Assembly: GCF_036321535.1 (NCBI RefSeq)
Contig: NC_087436.1
Location: forward strand, 85,808,001-85,872,000
DNA length: 64,000 nucleotides
Direction of reading: 5' to 3'
Source of the DNA: Camelus dromedarius
Taxonomy: Eukaryota
The notes below the pieces were generated by a model, which saw only the letters and a list, made by a program, of their open reading frames with translations, had not been told where the DNA came from and ran no database searches. A program made the translations under genes and the position numbers. This document shows, piece by piece, positions 25,274 to 37,415 of the stretch. Numbering within the stretch: the first letter of the stretch is position 1; every line of letters starts with the position of its first letter.

Positions 25274-25999
25274 GCTTGTATGTTGCAGAACTTGGTGCCG
25301 TAACGTACTTTCTATGTCCAGGGTGCCGTGGGAGAAATCTGCTTCTCCCTGTTGGAGGTTTCCTCTGTCTTCTCAAAAGAACTCGGTAACTGTAAACAAC
25401 CAGATTGGCTTGGCTGGTTCTTGATGATTCTCGTTTGTAAAGCTGAGGCTGAAATTGCTTAAGAATTGTGCTTGGGGTCAGTTTTGTAGTTAGTGCTGGT
25501 GGCGCTGAGCTACTTCGCGTCAAAGCCTAAGTTCCTAATGAGTGTGTTCCACCACCTCTCGGAATTTGTTGAGTGAGTAACTGCCATGTGGTGATTATAT
25601 CGTATCATAGATTGTTGTAGCAGTTTCTGTGAGCTTTGTGTACTTCTCGTCTGACTTCTGTGTTATGATAAGGCAGGCGTGTGGTTGTTAGATACTGTTA
25701 ATGATTGAGACTTCAAACAAAACGTCCTGATCTTCTTTCCAGCTTCTGAATTAGTCCAACTGAAGAGTATCTGGAGATATCAAAAAGGACAGTGAAAACA
25801 CCACACCATTTACAATAATACACACTGAAAACAAAATAGAAATATAACCTGAGTGCCAAGGCAGGTATTAGATGATGTCTGTCGCTCACCACTTCAGATG
25901 TCATTTTTCTATTGTCATTAAACAGCCTCATTGTTCTCATTGGGTGACTTTATAATGAGCAGATATTACATATCTGAAATTGTAAAATAATAGCATATG

Positions 26000-26200
26000 T
26001 CTGGATTCAAATCCCAGTGTTAATTATTCCATCTGTATGAGAGTTGGTAAATAATTTAACTTCTCTGAGCTTTGGTTTTGTAATGTGCGAAAGGGATACT
26101 ACTATAAAATTGGAAAGATTTCTATGAGGATTAAATAAACGAAAATATGTGAAGCATGTAGCACTTCAATACACGAAAGCCATGATTTTTATTACTCTTT
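26000..26200 (+). mobile_element. MIR SINE
   Basis: ctggattcaaatcccag...aacttctctgagc...gaggattaaataa. Confidence 0.75.
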
Positions 26201-26771
26201 GTATCATTATTATCCAGTCCCATGTTCTACATAAAGCAAGAATATTCTCTCCGCCAGTCTTGGCCTATAATGACTAAGCTTTCTTGAATGCTTCCAGTGA
26301 CAGGGAGATCACTACTTACTATTCCATTGAGTGCATATCTGTACCTGGAAAATTCCCACCTTTGGTCCTAGTTCTGCCTCCGGAACTGGAAATCTACCTT
26401 GTATATCCACGAAGCAACCCTTTAGCTATTTAACATGACATCTTCACATGAGATGGAAGGGTCAACCAAAGAGAACAACCTAAGGTTGGCTTGTCTCATT
26501 TGATTACAGAAAACAGGTGACACAGGACTTGCTTGGGGGCATACACCGGCCTCCAACCCAGCCAAGTTGAGTGATTATATACCAATAACCAGAGTTCTCA
26601 AAATATATAGACTGTAAGCAAGATGAGTGGCTTTCCAGGAAGAGCAATTTGGAAAGTCAGAACAATGCTTCTTTCTTTTGTGACTTGGAGGCTGTTTGTC
26701 CTTAGGAGCCTCAACTAAATCCCAATCCCCCAGAATAATGATCATTCTGTTAGGGGCTAGGTACACATATA

Positions 26772-26890
26772 CCCATTACTCCCATTTTATAAACGAGGCG
26801 CTGAGGCTTAGCGGTGAAGTAGCCCTAAGACATACATTTAGTGATGGGCTTCCAAGCCAGTCTGGCTGAATCCAGAGCCCACGTTCTTAT
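26772..26890 (-). mobile_element. MIR fragment
   Basis: cccattttataaacgaggcgctgaggcttag...gtctggctgaatccagagccc. Confidence 0.7.
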
Positions 26891-27374
26891 CTCCTCAGCA
26901 GTCACGAGTCACTGGAACAGTCTTAGTGATGTTTTCTGGTAGCTAATTTCAGCCTGAAAGAGTTAGAAAGCTGCCTTAGAGTTGTTACTTTCCAAATATA
27001 ACAAATATTAACATTTTAGCCACTAAATTTAGCAGATCTGAGGTTTTCATGGTTATGTTTTATTTTAAAATGTGGTAAAGGAATTGTAAGAATATTATCT
27101 CTTCCTTGGAGGCTCAAAAATCAAACTGCCATTGGGGAGGAAAAAGATAACGTGATCTATAGGATATTTTTATAATTCTGGACTCAGCATCCGTGCACCT
27201 TGCACGCATGAATTTGCTCCAACTGCAGCTCACAGCCTGAAACTTCCACAGTGATTGTCAACTAACACCTTTGCCTCCCTGAATATTTGCCTTCAAAGCA
27301 TAAAAAGGATAAGGAAATGTTGGTGACTCGGAACACCTGTAATCCAATAATTCTTATTGTCAGAAGGAATTGCA

Positions 27375-27590
27375 GCAGAATATAGTGGTTAAGAGTGAGG
27401 GCTCTGAAACTCTGCAGCAAGTTTGAACTTGGCCCTGACCGCTTATCAGCAGCATGAGCTTGGACGCATCCCTTCTTTGGGCTTCAGCTTCCTCATCTGT
27501 AAAATCAGGGTAATAGTAGTGGTGTTGTTGTGAAGGTTAAACGTGTACGGCTCCTTGAACATGGCTGAGCATGTAATAAGCACTACATGT
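27375..27590 (+). mobile_element. MIR SINE
   Basis: tagtggttaagagtgagggctctg...cttcctcatctgtaaaat. Confidence 0.85.
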
Positions 27591-28497
27591 TCTTCTTACT
27601 TTCCCTCCAGAAAGGTTTTGGGAATTGAATGGTTTATGTAGTACAGTACCGCGGAATAAACCCATGTGTATGTGTAAATGTGTGTGCACAGGGGGGAGCG
27701 AGGGAATGGGGAGGGGGGTGGTTATTTAGCGTTTTAAAGAAACTAATCCAGAGCCCACGCTTCGGAAGTGGTTGTTAAGCATTTCAAGTATCATTAAGAA
27801 TCTACACACCAGAAGGCTCAGAAACTGGTATAAGGTTGTACCACAGCTTTTCTTTCTTCCATTGGCTCTACCGAGTGTTAGGATATGGGTTTGGCTAGAA
27901 AGTTTCGCAGGACCCGCTGTCCTTACCTGAAGGAAGAGGAAGAGTCCTGGTGTTTTCAGAGCTGCATCTCCATCCTGAACTCTGCTTGGTCTAATGTTTG
28001 TTTTCTCTGTTCACAGAGGGCTCTGCCCTGAGATGCATTTGGAAGGTTGGTTAATCCATCGGTCAGAATCCTACAGAAAGACTACAAGTGAGCTTCCCAC
28101 ACAAGGTGCAGTCAGAAGGCCTGAGGACAAGGAGTGGGGTTCTCTGCACTCATCAGAATAGGCTGTGTGGCTGTTTTTGTGCCTGGTGGCCAATCAGTGT
28201 TTATACTTTACCAAGAGGCTGGTCTAGGATATACTTTCATTGAAACATACTGTCTTACTAAGTAGTCTGTTGGGGGAGATCGGAGGAGAGGGAATTGACA
28301 GCTTTTATCCGCCTCGGAGGCCAGAGGAGACTAATTCTTACCAGAATAACCACTGACTGTTGACTGACCAAATTGGCATAGGTCAACCCCCAACACTGAG
28401 AGGTCTTATGTAAAGAACCCAGCTCGGTAATTGATACTCTTTTCATTCCCTGAAACCTGCCATTCCTACCAGAAAGCAAAAAGGTAGGCCTGCAGCC

Positions 28498-28630
28498 AAT
28501 TCATTCATTTATTTGACAACTATTCAGAGTGCCCACTCTGTGCCAGGCACTGTGTTAGGTGCTGGGGACATATGCAGTAGTGTGTAAAGCAGCAGTTCTG
28601 CCCACACGGAGCTGACGTTCCAGCGAGCGA
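28498..28630 (-). mobile_element. L2 3' end
   Basis: ttcattcatttatttgacaac...ctctgtgccaggcactgtgttaggtgctggggaca. Confidence 0.8.
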
Positions 28631-30840
28631 AGACAACGAACAAACTAAAAAAATGCCGTCAAGCCTTCCTCTCCGTCTCCCCTGATCCTGCGTCAGTACC
28701 AGAGAGCAAGATGGAGGTGGACCGGCCTTGTGAGGTAGAGGCGGGCGCCATCCTGGGGAGGCTACTTTCTTAGAAGCAGTCGCAGGGGTCCCGGTGCTTC
28801 AGAACAGTTCTCCAATGTCCACGAGCAGTAAACAAACAAGAAACAAACAAAAACAGAGTCACTGAAGAGCCACCTCCTATGTGTTATATGTGTTCTGAGC
28901 AGAGACAGTGCACGTGGGCACTCCACTTCCATGGGACCAGTGTGGTGTTTTACCTAAAGAGGTGTCCTATTTGAGAAAAACTTCCAGTTCAAGATTCCCT
29001 TTCAATGTTCAGAAGTAAACAATTAGCTCAGCTCTGAGCCAGCCTGACTCTGAAACATCTATTTGCCCCTTATTTCAACCCTCCTTAGATTCAAGAGCTT
29101 GTTTAGTTTCACATCTTTCCTTGCCTCCCGTCCCCAGCCTACCCAGCCCACCTGCCTCCACTGCTTGCTGGTAAGTGACCTCTTTGCTCCCAGGGATGGT
29201 CTTTCTCTTCTCCTCATTGTTATCCGAGGCTCCCGGGCCTCCATTTCCCCAATATTCTAGGATTATGCCTTTGTCTTTTATTATCCTGTCGCCTTTCCCT
29301 TTTAATAATTGCATTCACCCTCCTTCAATAATAAAAGTAAAAAGGGAGAGTAAGTTAGGTTTTAAGCATAGGACTCAAGAAAAAAAAAGTCATTTTGGTG
29401 TTAATCCAAGCACAGCTGAGGGTTGCCTTGGGAAATATATGACCTAGACTTTTGAATTTAGGAAACAGGTTAATTATACTGTGATTATTCATATCACAAA
29501 AATATTGCAATGTTACTGATGGGAGTATTATATCTATTTTAAAAACTCCAGCAAGGTAAATGATTTAAAATAATGAGCTCCTGGAACATTTAAAGTAGAA
29601 TTTGATTTACACATATTTTACTTACAAATTTTGGAGACAGTGCATTTTGTTTTAAATGAGTCACATCAATGTAATACTGAAATATGAAAGCAAAAATCAA
29701 AAAGTATCTCAACTGGTTGGAACCCCTTTGGGGTCATCATTGTCTCATGATGATTAACAATGACTTCAGGTATTGAGATAAACAGAACCGTCACACTTAG
29801 TAATTACTTACTTACTTTAATGATTGAATATTGATTTAGCTGCCAGCCATTTGTAAGGACTGGGTAGGTCCCCCCTAAAAGTGTAAGACAAGGTACTGAC
29901 TCTCAAGGTTACTTACAATCTAACCATGAAGATAAACCATATGTATAGAGAAAGTGAATAAAAACCTCAAGGATGATACAGTAGGTACCAGTTGAGGGAT
30001 GTAGATGGACAGGTGGTGTGTCAGTTTTGAGGAAGGCTGATTGGCAGGCCAAGTGGATAAGGTTCACTCCACACTAGTGTCTGGATCATCTCAATTACTG
30101 TAAGTAGCTTTGGCATCTTCTTAACTCTCGCTCTGTATCTTTAGTCTTTTTCACGCAATTGATTTATTTAAGTGGGCAATATATAGTTACGTGGTAACAT
30201 ATTTTAATAGTTTGAAAATATACAGTGAAGTGAGTCCTTGTGAAGACATACCCTGATCCAGCAGCAACAAAGTCAGCTGTTCACTCCAGAAAATGAACCA
30301 GGAGGGGTTACCAGGAGGCCAGTAACTTATCTGAAATAATATTTATACCACCCGGCAAATAGTGAAGAAAAACTTCCTTCAGCCCTGGACATGGTAGTAA
30401 TCAAATCCGGTGGCAGGGCTGACAGGAGCACAACTCAACAGACAATTCCAGCATATCTGTCTTACATCTGGCTGCCGCTACCCAAGGATTATTATGACAT
30501 CCAACAGTGGTAAGTATCAGTAATTCAAACCCCTGTAATTATAACTAAACTGCACCCCTCAAATAATACATTCATGTTGATTTCTCCATCCAAAAATATA
30601 TATACAGTGAAAATTGGCCACCCCCTGCCCTCTTTCACTGCACGTACCCGCTTTCACCAGACTGCTTCTCTCCCTAGAGACAACCACTGTTACTGGTGCC
30701 TTATGTGTCCCTCCAGAGTTAGTTCTATGTATGTACAAACATACACAAATGACAGAGTCTACATACGAGTCCAGATCTTTCGCTCACTTGAAGATTTATC
30801 TTGGAGATCATCATATTTCACTAGATTTACTTCACTCTTT

Positions 30841-30985
30841 TTGTTTGTTTGTTTTCTGTTTTTGTTTTTGTTTGGTCGGGGAGGTAATTCAATTTATTTA
30901 TTTATTTAGTGGAGGTACTGGAGATTGAACCCAGGACATCTTACATGCTAGGCATGCACTCTACCACTAAGCTATACCCTCCCCC
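30841..30985 (-). mobile_element. tRNA-derived SINE, long-tail form
   Basis: ggagattgaacccagg...ctaccactaagctataccctccccc; TSD tacttcactcttt / tacctcattcttt (11 of 13 match). Confidence 0.9.
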
Positions 30986-31019
30986 TCTACCTCATTCTTT
31001 TTAAAGCTGCATATTATTT

Positions 31020-31227
31020 TTTTCTTGCATCCTTTTTTAAATTGTAGTATAGTCAGTTTACAAAGTTGTGTCAATTTTTGGTGTACAGTGTAATATTTCA
31101 GTCCTATGTATACACACAGATACTCATTTTTATATTCTTTCTCATTATAGGTTACTACAAGATATTCAGTATAGTTGCCTGTGCTAGAGAAGAAAAACTT
31201 GTTATTTACCTATTTTATATATAGTAG
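31020..31227 (-). mobile_element. 5'-truncated camelid-type L1
   Basis: 18-bp TSD taaagctgYatattattt at 31002-31019 and 31228-31245. Confidence 0.9.
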
Positions 31228-31314
31228 TAAAGCTGTATATTATTTCAGTGTCTGTATGTGCTATAATTTGTGTCACCTCTTGATGGCTATTTAGGTAGTT
31301 CCTGAGTATGTACA

Positions 31315-31645
31315 TTTATTTTTAATTTTTAATTGAAATATAATTAACATCAATTAAAATGCAGAGATCTTCAGTGTTCAGTTTGGAAGACTTCTGATGA
31401 TCATTTATACCCATTAACCACTACCTAAGATAAAACACAGAATATTTGCATCTTCACAGAAAGCTCCTTTGTCCCTCTGCAGTCAGTCTCCCCTGCCCCT
31501 CTACTGTTCTGATTACTATCCTCATAAATTAATTTTGTCTGTTCTTGAACTTCAAAGATTGGATTCATATAGAATCTACTCTCTTTTGTCAGACTTCTTT
31601 CATTCAGCATCACATTTTTCAGATTTGACCATGTTTTTTGCAGGT
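31315..31645 (-). mobile_element. L1MB/L1MC-like 3' end
   Basis: ttaattgaaatataattaacat...ttttgtctgttcttgaacttca. Confidence 0.75.
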
Positions 31646-31686
31646 TTAATCTTAATTTATATAACTAATCTAAATAAATAAGATTT

Positions 31687-31724
31687 TTTATTGAAGTGTA
31701 GTTGATTTTCAAAGTCGTGTTAGT
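31687..31724 (-). mobile_element. 38-bp L1 3' terminus with 16-bp TSD
   Basis: Reverse complement actaacacgactttgaaaatcaactacacttcaataaa, flanked by exact taaataaataagattt at 31671-31686 and 31725-31740. Confidence 0.9.
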
Positions 31725-32629
31725 TAAATAAATAAGATTTTGCCTATGCTCTGGGTATTTTAGGGGGTTACAAATGCTAATTAATTGATTTACTAATCAA
31801 TCTCATCAAAAGAAGGTTGGACCTTTGAAATGGTTAAACAAAGATTTGAAAGGAGTCATGAAATTAATAGTAACTTTCATTTAAAAAGACCACAGGATTT
31901 TAGGTGACGCTAAGATTGATACGTGTTACCTCTTTGATATGTAACAAGTCGATGTGATTTTCTGAGAGTCTATGATTTTAAACCATTACATTTTTAAGTG
32001 CCTTACTTCCTGAATTTCTAATATGTGTTTTGAGATTTTTGCCTGATGGCAATGATAGTCCTGATATAATTATATTCAATGTTCCTGGAGATGTAAACAG
32101 AGAAGACTTCTTGGAATGAATGCACAATAAACTCAAGATTGACTGTGGTAGACACCCTCGCATGACTATGTAAAAGCCATTCCTCCCTGCTCCCTTCACC
32201 GTAGCTAGCAGAGCCTTGGTTTGTTCCATTTCCCTTGCTTTGGGGAGTACAGGTCTGTCCTCAGCTCCAGAGGCTGAGCCAAACGTTCTAAGGATGGCAG
32301 AACTGAGAGACAGCGAAACTGAGGCTGTTACTGTGTACTTAAACGGAAACCTAAGGGACAGAAATTTTTTGTTGGAGGTTTTAAAATTTATTTTATTTTT
32401 TTAAGTCAAGTTTATTGAGCTATAATCTACCCTGTTGTAAAATTCACTCTGTTCATGATGAGTTAATTAAAACTAAATTCTTCGTATGCTCTTTATCATG
32501 ATTTGCTTTTTAAATACTAATAGCAAACAGAGGACAGTTTTGGTCCATTTAAATTCTGAGTAATCTAGAACCAGTTATAGCATCTTGAAGCTTGGAAAGA
32601 AACTGAGCTCTGTAGAGCTTGTACCACAT

Positions 32630-32960
32630 AGGATGCTTTGGCTGAAAGTAGCAGAAAGTACTGATGCAAAATGGACTAAAACAATAAGGAAAAGTATTAT
32701 GTTGCAGAGCTGGGAGTCCATAGTCGGACAGGTTCAGGTGCAGTATGTTCTGAGGCTCCAGGGAATCCCAAGGACCCAGACTCTGTACATATATTCACTG
32801 TTGTCCTCTGCTTTCACTTTTGCCTAATGCAACTTCACTCTTGGTCGCAATTTCATTGCTAGCAGCAATCTGGGGTACCCCTTCCTTTGTTTGGGTACAG
32901 CGGGAGTGAGAGCCATGGAATAAAATATGCCCTTCCATCTGATTGGGCCCCCAATCTCTA
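32630..32960 (-). mobile_element. Old MaLR LTR (MLT1K/L-like)
   Basis: ggatgctttggctgaaagtagcagaaa...ctgattgggccc. Confidence 0.55.
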
Positions 32961-33702
32961 TCACACCTATCTGTAGATCAGTAACAGTCTCACACCTATC
33001 TCTAGATCAGTACTAGTCAACAGAAGATTGGCTTAGAAAAATAGGATTATTTGATCAGGTGGATGTCTGATCAAATATTAGGGTCCTCTTAGGAAGGAGA
33101 AAGAGGAAAATGGATTAAGGTAACAAAAACAGCATTTACTACAGAGCTGTATGAAATCTTAGGCTGCTAAGGTCATATTTAGTAGACTAGTTATTGCCTC
33201 ACCAATACTTGGACTATTCAGGTGGCCTGAGAGGATTAATAGAGCTCCATTAAGTGCTTTACTCTCTAGAAGTGCTTTTATGCACTGCAAAACAGTCTTC
33301 ACTCAAACAACTTTTATTATATCTCACGGGTAGGATTTCCAGTCCTGGACTCTTTCTGAAGTACTTTTACTTTGCATAACCACAAATATAACTTACGGTT
33401 GTCAAGAAAATCTTAAGAGAAGCTTACAAACTTTGTTGCAACTTAAAAATATAGATAAGAAATTAATTTGATGCTAAAAAGCAATGTTAGGAAAGTGAAA
33501 AAAGGAAGGGAGAATATGGGAAAAAAATGCCACCTGAAGCAATCTGAAAATGCTTATACTATACAAATGTGAAAACCTGAAAATCACTTTTTTGAACTAG
33601 GCAGAATTGAGCTTCTTCAATTTGAGTCTATGTCATATTACCATCAAATTCTTTAAGAGCTTCAAATACTTTTAAGACCTATGTGTAAGAATTATTCTAT
33701 GT

Positions 33703-34020
33703 GTATAGTAAACAGTCTTATGGTTACGGGGGGGGGGGAATGGGGGGGGAAGGGATAAATTTGGGAGCTCGAGATTTGCAAATATTAACTACAATATATG
33801 AAAATTAATTAAAAAAATTTCTTCTGTATAGCACAGGGACCTATAAACAATGTCTTGCAATAACTTTTATTGAAAAAGTATATGAAAATTAATATATGTA
33901 TGTATATGAAAATTAATATATGTATGTGTATGTGTGACTGGGACATTAAGCTGTACACCAGAGATTGACACATTGTAATTGACTATACTTCAATTAAAAA
34001 AAAAAAGGAGAAAAAAAAAA
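33703..34020 (+). mobile_element. 5'-truncated camelid-type L1
   Basis: G-tract and poly-A; 16-bp TSD aagaattRttctatgt at 33687-33702 and 34021-34036. Confidence 0.9.
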
Positions 34021-34537
34021 AAGAATTGTTCTATGTCTAGAAAATAAAACTGGAAGGAAACATACCTAAATGTTGATATTATCTCTGAGCATGAGGATTA
34101 GGAAAGATTTTCTTAATTGTTTTTCATATTTTTCACATTTAAAAAAATGAACAGTATATATTACTTTTTTCAATCAGAATAAAATAGTGTATTATAAAAT
34201 ATACAATGTTTTGTCCAGCAATATAATGTAGAGACTAGATTTATAACTAGTGAAGAATACTTAATCTTGTTCCATTACTAAGAACCTAGGGATTTATAAG
34301 CCAGTATCAATCTCTGTGACCAAATATTTCATCAATGTGCAATATCCAATTGGCTGCTTATATTAGAAGCAATTGCTCCAGGTGGTTTATAGCAACTAAA
34401 ATGATCCCACTAGATCACTCTTCCTGACTAATCTCATCTTTTCCAAAAGTTAGAGACTCCAATACCAGTCCTTTGTGACAATGATACTATATTTTGTGGA
34501 AAAGATGAACTCAAAGTGCCAAATTCCAAATAGCTAA

Positions 34538-35276
34538 GCAGAGTTTGCAAACTGGTACCCAGAAGGCTAAATCTGATTAATATACCCATTCGGTTTGGCT
34601 TGTACAGAGTAACTTAAACATTAAGTAGTCAGTAGTCAAACAAATTAGAAGATTTTTTATAAAATATGAATTTTTGGATTCCTTGAATAATTAGAAGGCT
34701 GGAATTGCTTCTAAACAACCATCATATTGCCTACCTTACAAGACTGGCTCCATTTCTTAAGTGTGTGTCTTTGACAAGTTACTTATCTTCCACATGCCTG
34801 TTTCCTCTCTGGCAAGGCGTAATAACAACAGTGCCTGCTTCAGAGGGTTGTGTTGAGAATTGAATGAACTAATACAACTAAAAGACATAGAAGAGTACTT
34901 AGTACCTAGGCAGGGATGGATAAATGTTAGCCATTATTAATGTTACCAGGCAACCTCAGGAGGCACTTGAGTTTGGTCCTTCTGAAGTTGGGGATCACAT
35001 CCTGCAGAAGGTAGGAGAGGTGGATGGTGCTGGGTACAAAGAATAGGTTTGGGACATGGGATGAATTTGCAGGGACTTGGCTTCTGGTATAGTGAGACAA
35101 TGAGAGGGGAATAAATATCACTCAGAACTGGAGAGAGGAGAGTGTAACAGGAATCTGAAATCACATGAGCACAATTCTTTGCTTTGCCATTTACCAGCTG
35201 ACGTTTTCCAAAGTTTTCAAACTTCTGTTTCCTCATCTGCAGAATGGGGATAAAAACAATGCCTATCCTGAGGCAT
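34538..35276 (+). mobile_element. MER58-like MITE fragment followed by two MIR fragments
   Basis: cagagtttgcaaactgg start; tgacaagttactt...cctgtttcctc and ctgtttcctcatctgcagaatgggg MIR cores. Confidence 0.6.
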
Positions 35277-35831
35277 GTCTTAGCCTGGGTTTCCTCCAGA
35301 AAGTAAAGTGAGAGACAAGAGCTTTCATGGAGAGAATTTATTTTGGGAAATGATCCTAGGATATAGGAGCAGGGGACTGAAATAGTGTCCCAGGAAGAGG
35401 AAAAATAGCACAAAACTGTGCTGCTGAGCTGGACGCTCCTGTAGTCAGCTGGACCTGAGTCCCACGAGACCCTCTGAAAAGCCATGTAGAATATACCCCA
35501 GATTTGTTCACTCAAGTGGTAGAAAAGAGGAGCATTCATCTATTGTCTCTGTGCCCTCTCCCCACTGCCCTGCTCCTTTGGTCACTGGTTGCCCATTGGG
35601 GTATTAGTTCTCTTGCACTTCCAAGTTTGTGCATATGGAGACCAAGTGGACACCTGCAGGCTCCTAGTGTCAGAGGTGTCCCAGGGTAGACAACAAGGGG
35701 TACTCAGTACAGATGAGGCAATGTGCTGTCAGGAGGCACCTGTGGGAAGCAGGTTGCTGCAACAATGGCTGGAGGAAACTGTGGACCAAGAGGACTGTAA
35801 TGAGGCCCACTGGGGGCCCAGCGTCTGCTAT
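35277..35831 (-). mobile_element. ERVL LTR (LTR16/LTR33 family)
   Basis: Starts tgtcttagcctgggtttcctccagaa and ends cgtctgctata. Confidence 0.75.
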
Positions 35832-35944
35832 AAGAGCAGTCAGAGTGACGTGGTAGACGGGGGTCAGGCTTTGACCGCCTCAGTCTTGTTTCAGCCAAAA
35901 ACTTATTTTGTCCCCTCACCTCCCCAAGCCTGTTTTCTTGTTTG

Positions 35945-37415
35945 TAAAAGAATTTAGATTAAACGACTTAAAATTTCCTTGATATGGGAAAGAATGAAAC
36001 TGGGCTCCCTACCACACACCACATACAAAAGTTAACTCAAAATTGATCAACAGGGGGGATGGGGGCGGGGAGGGTGTCATGAGGCTTTAGCTCAGTGGTA
36101 GAGTGTGTGCCTAGCATGCACAAGGTTCTGGGTTCAATCCCCAGTACCTCCATTAAACAAACAAACAAACAAACAAGCAAACCTAGTTGCCTCCATCCTC
36201 TGTCTCCCCCAAAAAGAAAAAACAAAATGGATCAACCACCTAAATATGAGATAAAACCATAAAACCCTTAGAAGAAAATGTAAGAATAAATTCTCATGAT
36301 CTTGGATTTGGCAATGGTTTTTAAAATATGACACCAAAAGTATAAGTGAAACATCAACAAAATAAATACACTGGACTTTCTTAGAGTTAATAACTTTTGT
36401 GCATCAAAGGATATTATCAAGAAAGTGAAAATACACCTACAGAATGGAAGAAAATATTTACAAATCACATATTTGATAAAGGTTTAGTATATCCAGAATA
36501 TGTAAAGAATATTCTCAATAATAAATAAATANNNNNNNNNNNNNNNNNNNNNNNNNNNNNNNNNNNNNNNNNNNNNNNNNNNNNNNNNNNNNNNNNNNNN
36601 NNNNNNNNNNNNNNNNNNNNNNNNNNNNNNNNNNNNNNNNNNNNNNNNNNNNNNNNNNNNNNNNNNNNNNNNNNNNNNNNGTAATAATAATAAGTTTAAA
36701 ANNNNNNNNNNNNNNNNNNNNNNNNNNNNNNNNNNNNNNNNNNNNNNNNNNNNNNNNNNNNNNNNNNNNNNNNNNNNNNNNNNNNNNNNNNNNNNNNNNN
36801 NNNNNNNNNNNNNNNNNNNNNNNNNNNNNNNNNNNNNNNNNNNNNNNNNNNNNNNNNNNNNNNNNNNNNNNNNNNNNNNNNNNTCAAAATATGTGCACAC
36901 ATGTTCATAGTAGCATTATTCACAGTAGGCAAAAAGTGGAAGTGACCCAAATGCCTATCAAGGGATCTTAGGGCTATTCATCCCTTAACAGTAAATAAGG
37001 GTACATGCATACAGTGGATAAACAAACTGTGGTATGTGCACACAGTGGAATTTTATTNNNNNNNNNNNNNNNNNNNNNNNNNNNNNNNNNNNNNNNNNNN
37101 NNNNNNNNNNNNNNNNNNNNNNNNNNNNNNNNNNNNNNNNNNNNNNNNNNNNNNNNNNNNNNNNNNNNNNNNNNNNNNNNNNNNNNNNNNNNNNNNNNNN
37201 NNNNNNNNNNNNNNNNNNNNNNNNNNNNNNNNNNNNNNTGGGTTAGGGGATAAGGCAGAATAATGGCTTAGTGGGTCCAGGGTTTCCTTCGGGGTGATGA
37301 AAATGTTTGGAACTAGATAAGGGTGCTGGTTGCGTGATACTGTGAAGGCACTAAATGTCACCGAATTGTTCTTTTTAAGATGGCTAATTTCATGTCATAT
37401 GAATTTCACTTCAAT
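35945..37415 (+). mobile_element. L1MB-like ORF2 end and 3' UTR, partly N
   Basis: cagggtttccttcggggtgatgaaaatgtttggaactagat...tgaatttcacttcaatttt. Confidence 0.85.
36052..36223 (+). mobile_element. tRNA-derived SINE, long-tail form, nested in L1MB
   Basis: tagctcagtggtagag...gggttcaatccccagtacctcc; TSD aaaatKgatcaac at 36039-36051 and 36224-36236. Confidence 0.9.

Noticed and set aside
25454-25466. 13-nt match to miR-137 (attgcttaagaat)
   Set aside because: The rest of the mature sequence and the precursor hairpin are absent
25200-25940. Endogenous viral element suggested by the A/C-rich minus strand and two ORFs
   Set aside because: Manual translation of three minus-strand frames showed many stops and no bornavirus, filovirus, parvovirus or mitochondrial motif that I recognise; a tblastx search would be decisive
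34943-35539. 198-aa minus-strand ORF
   Set aside because: Runs through a MIR and an ERVL LTR; a typical repeat-derived spurious ORF
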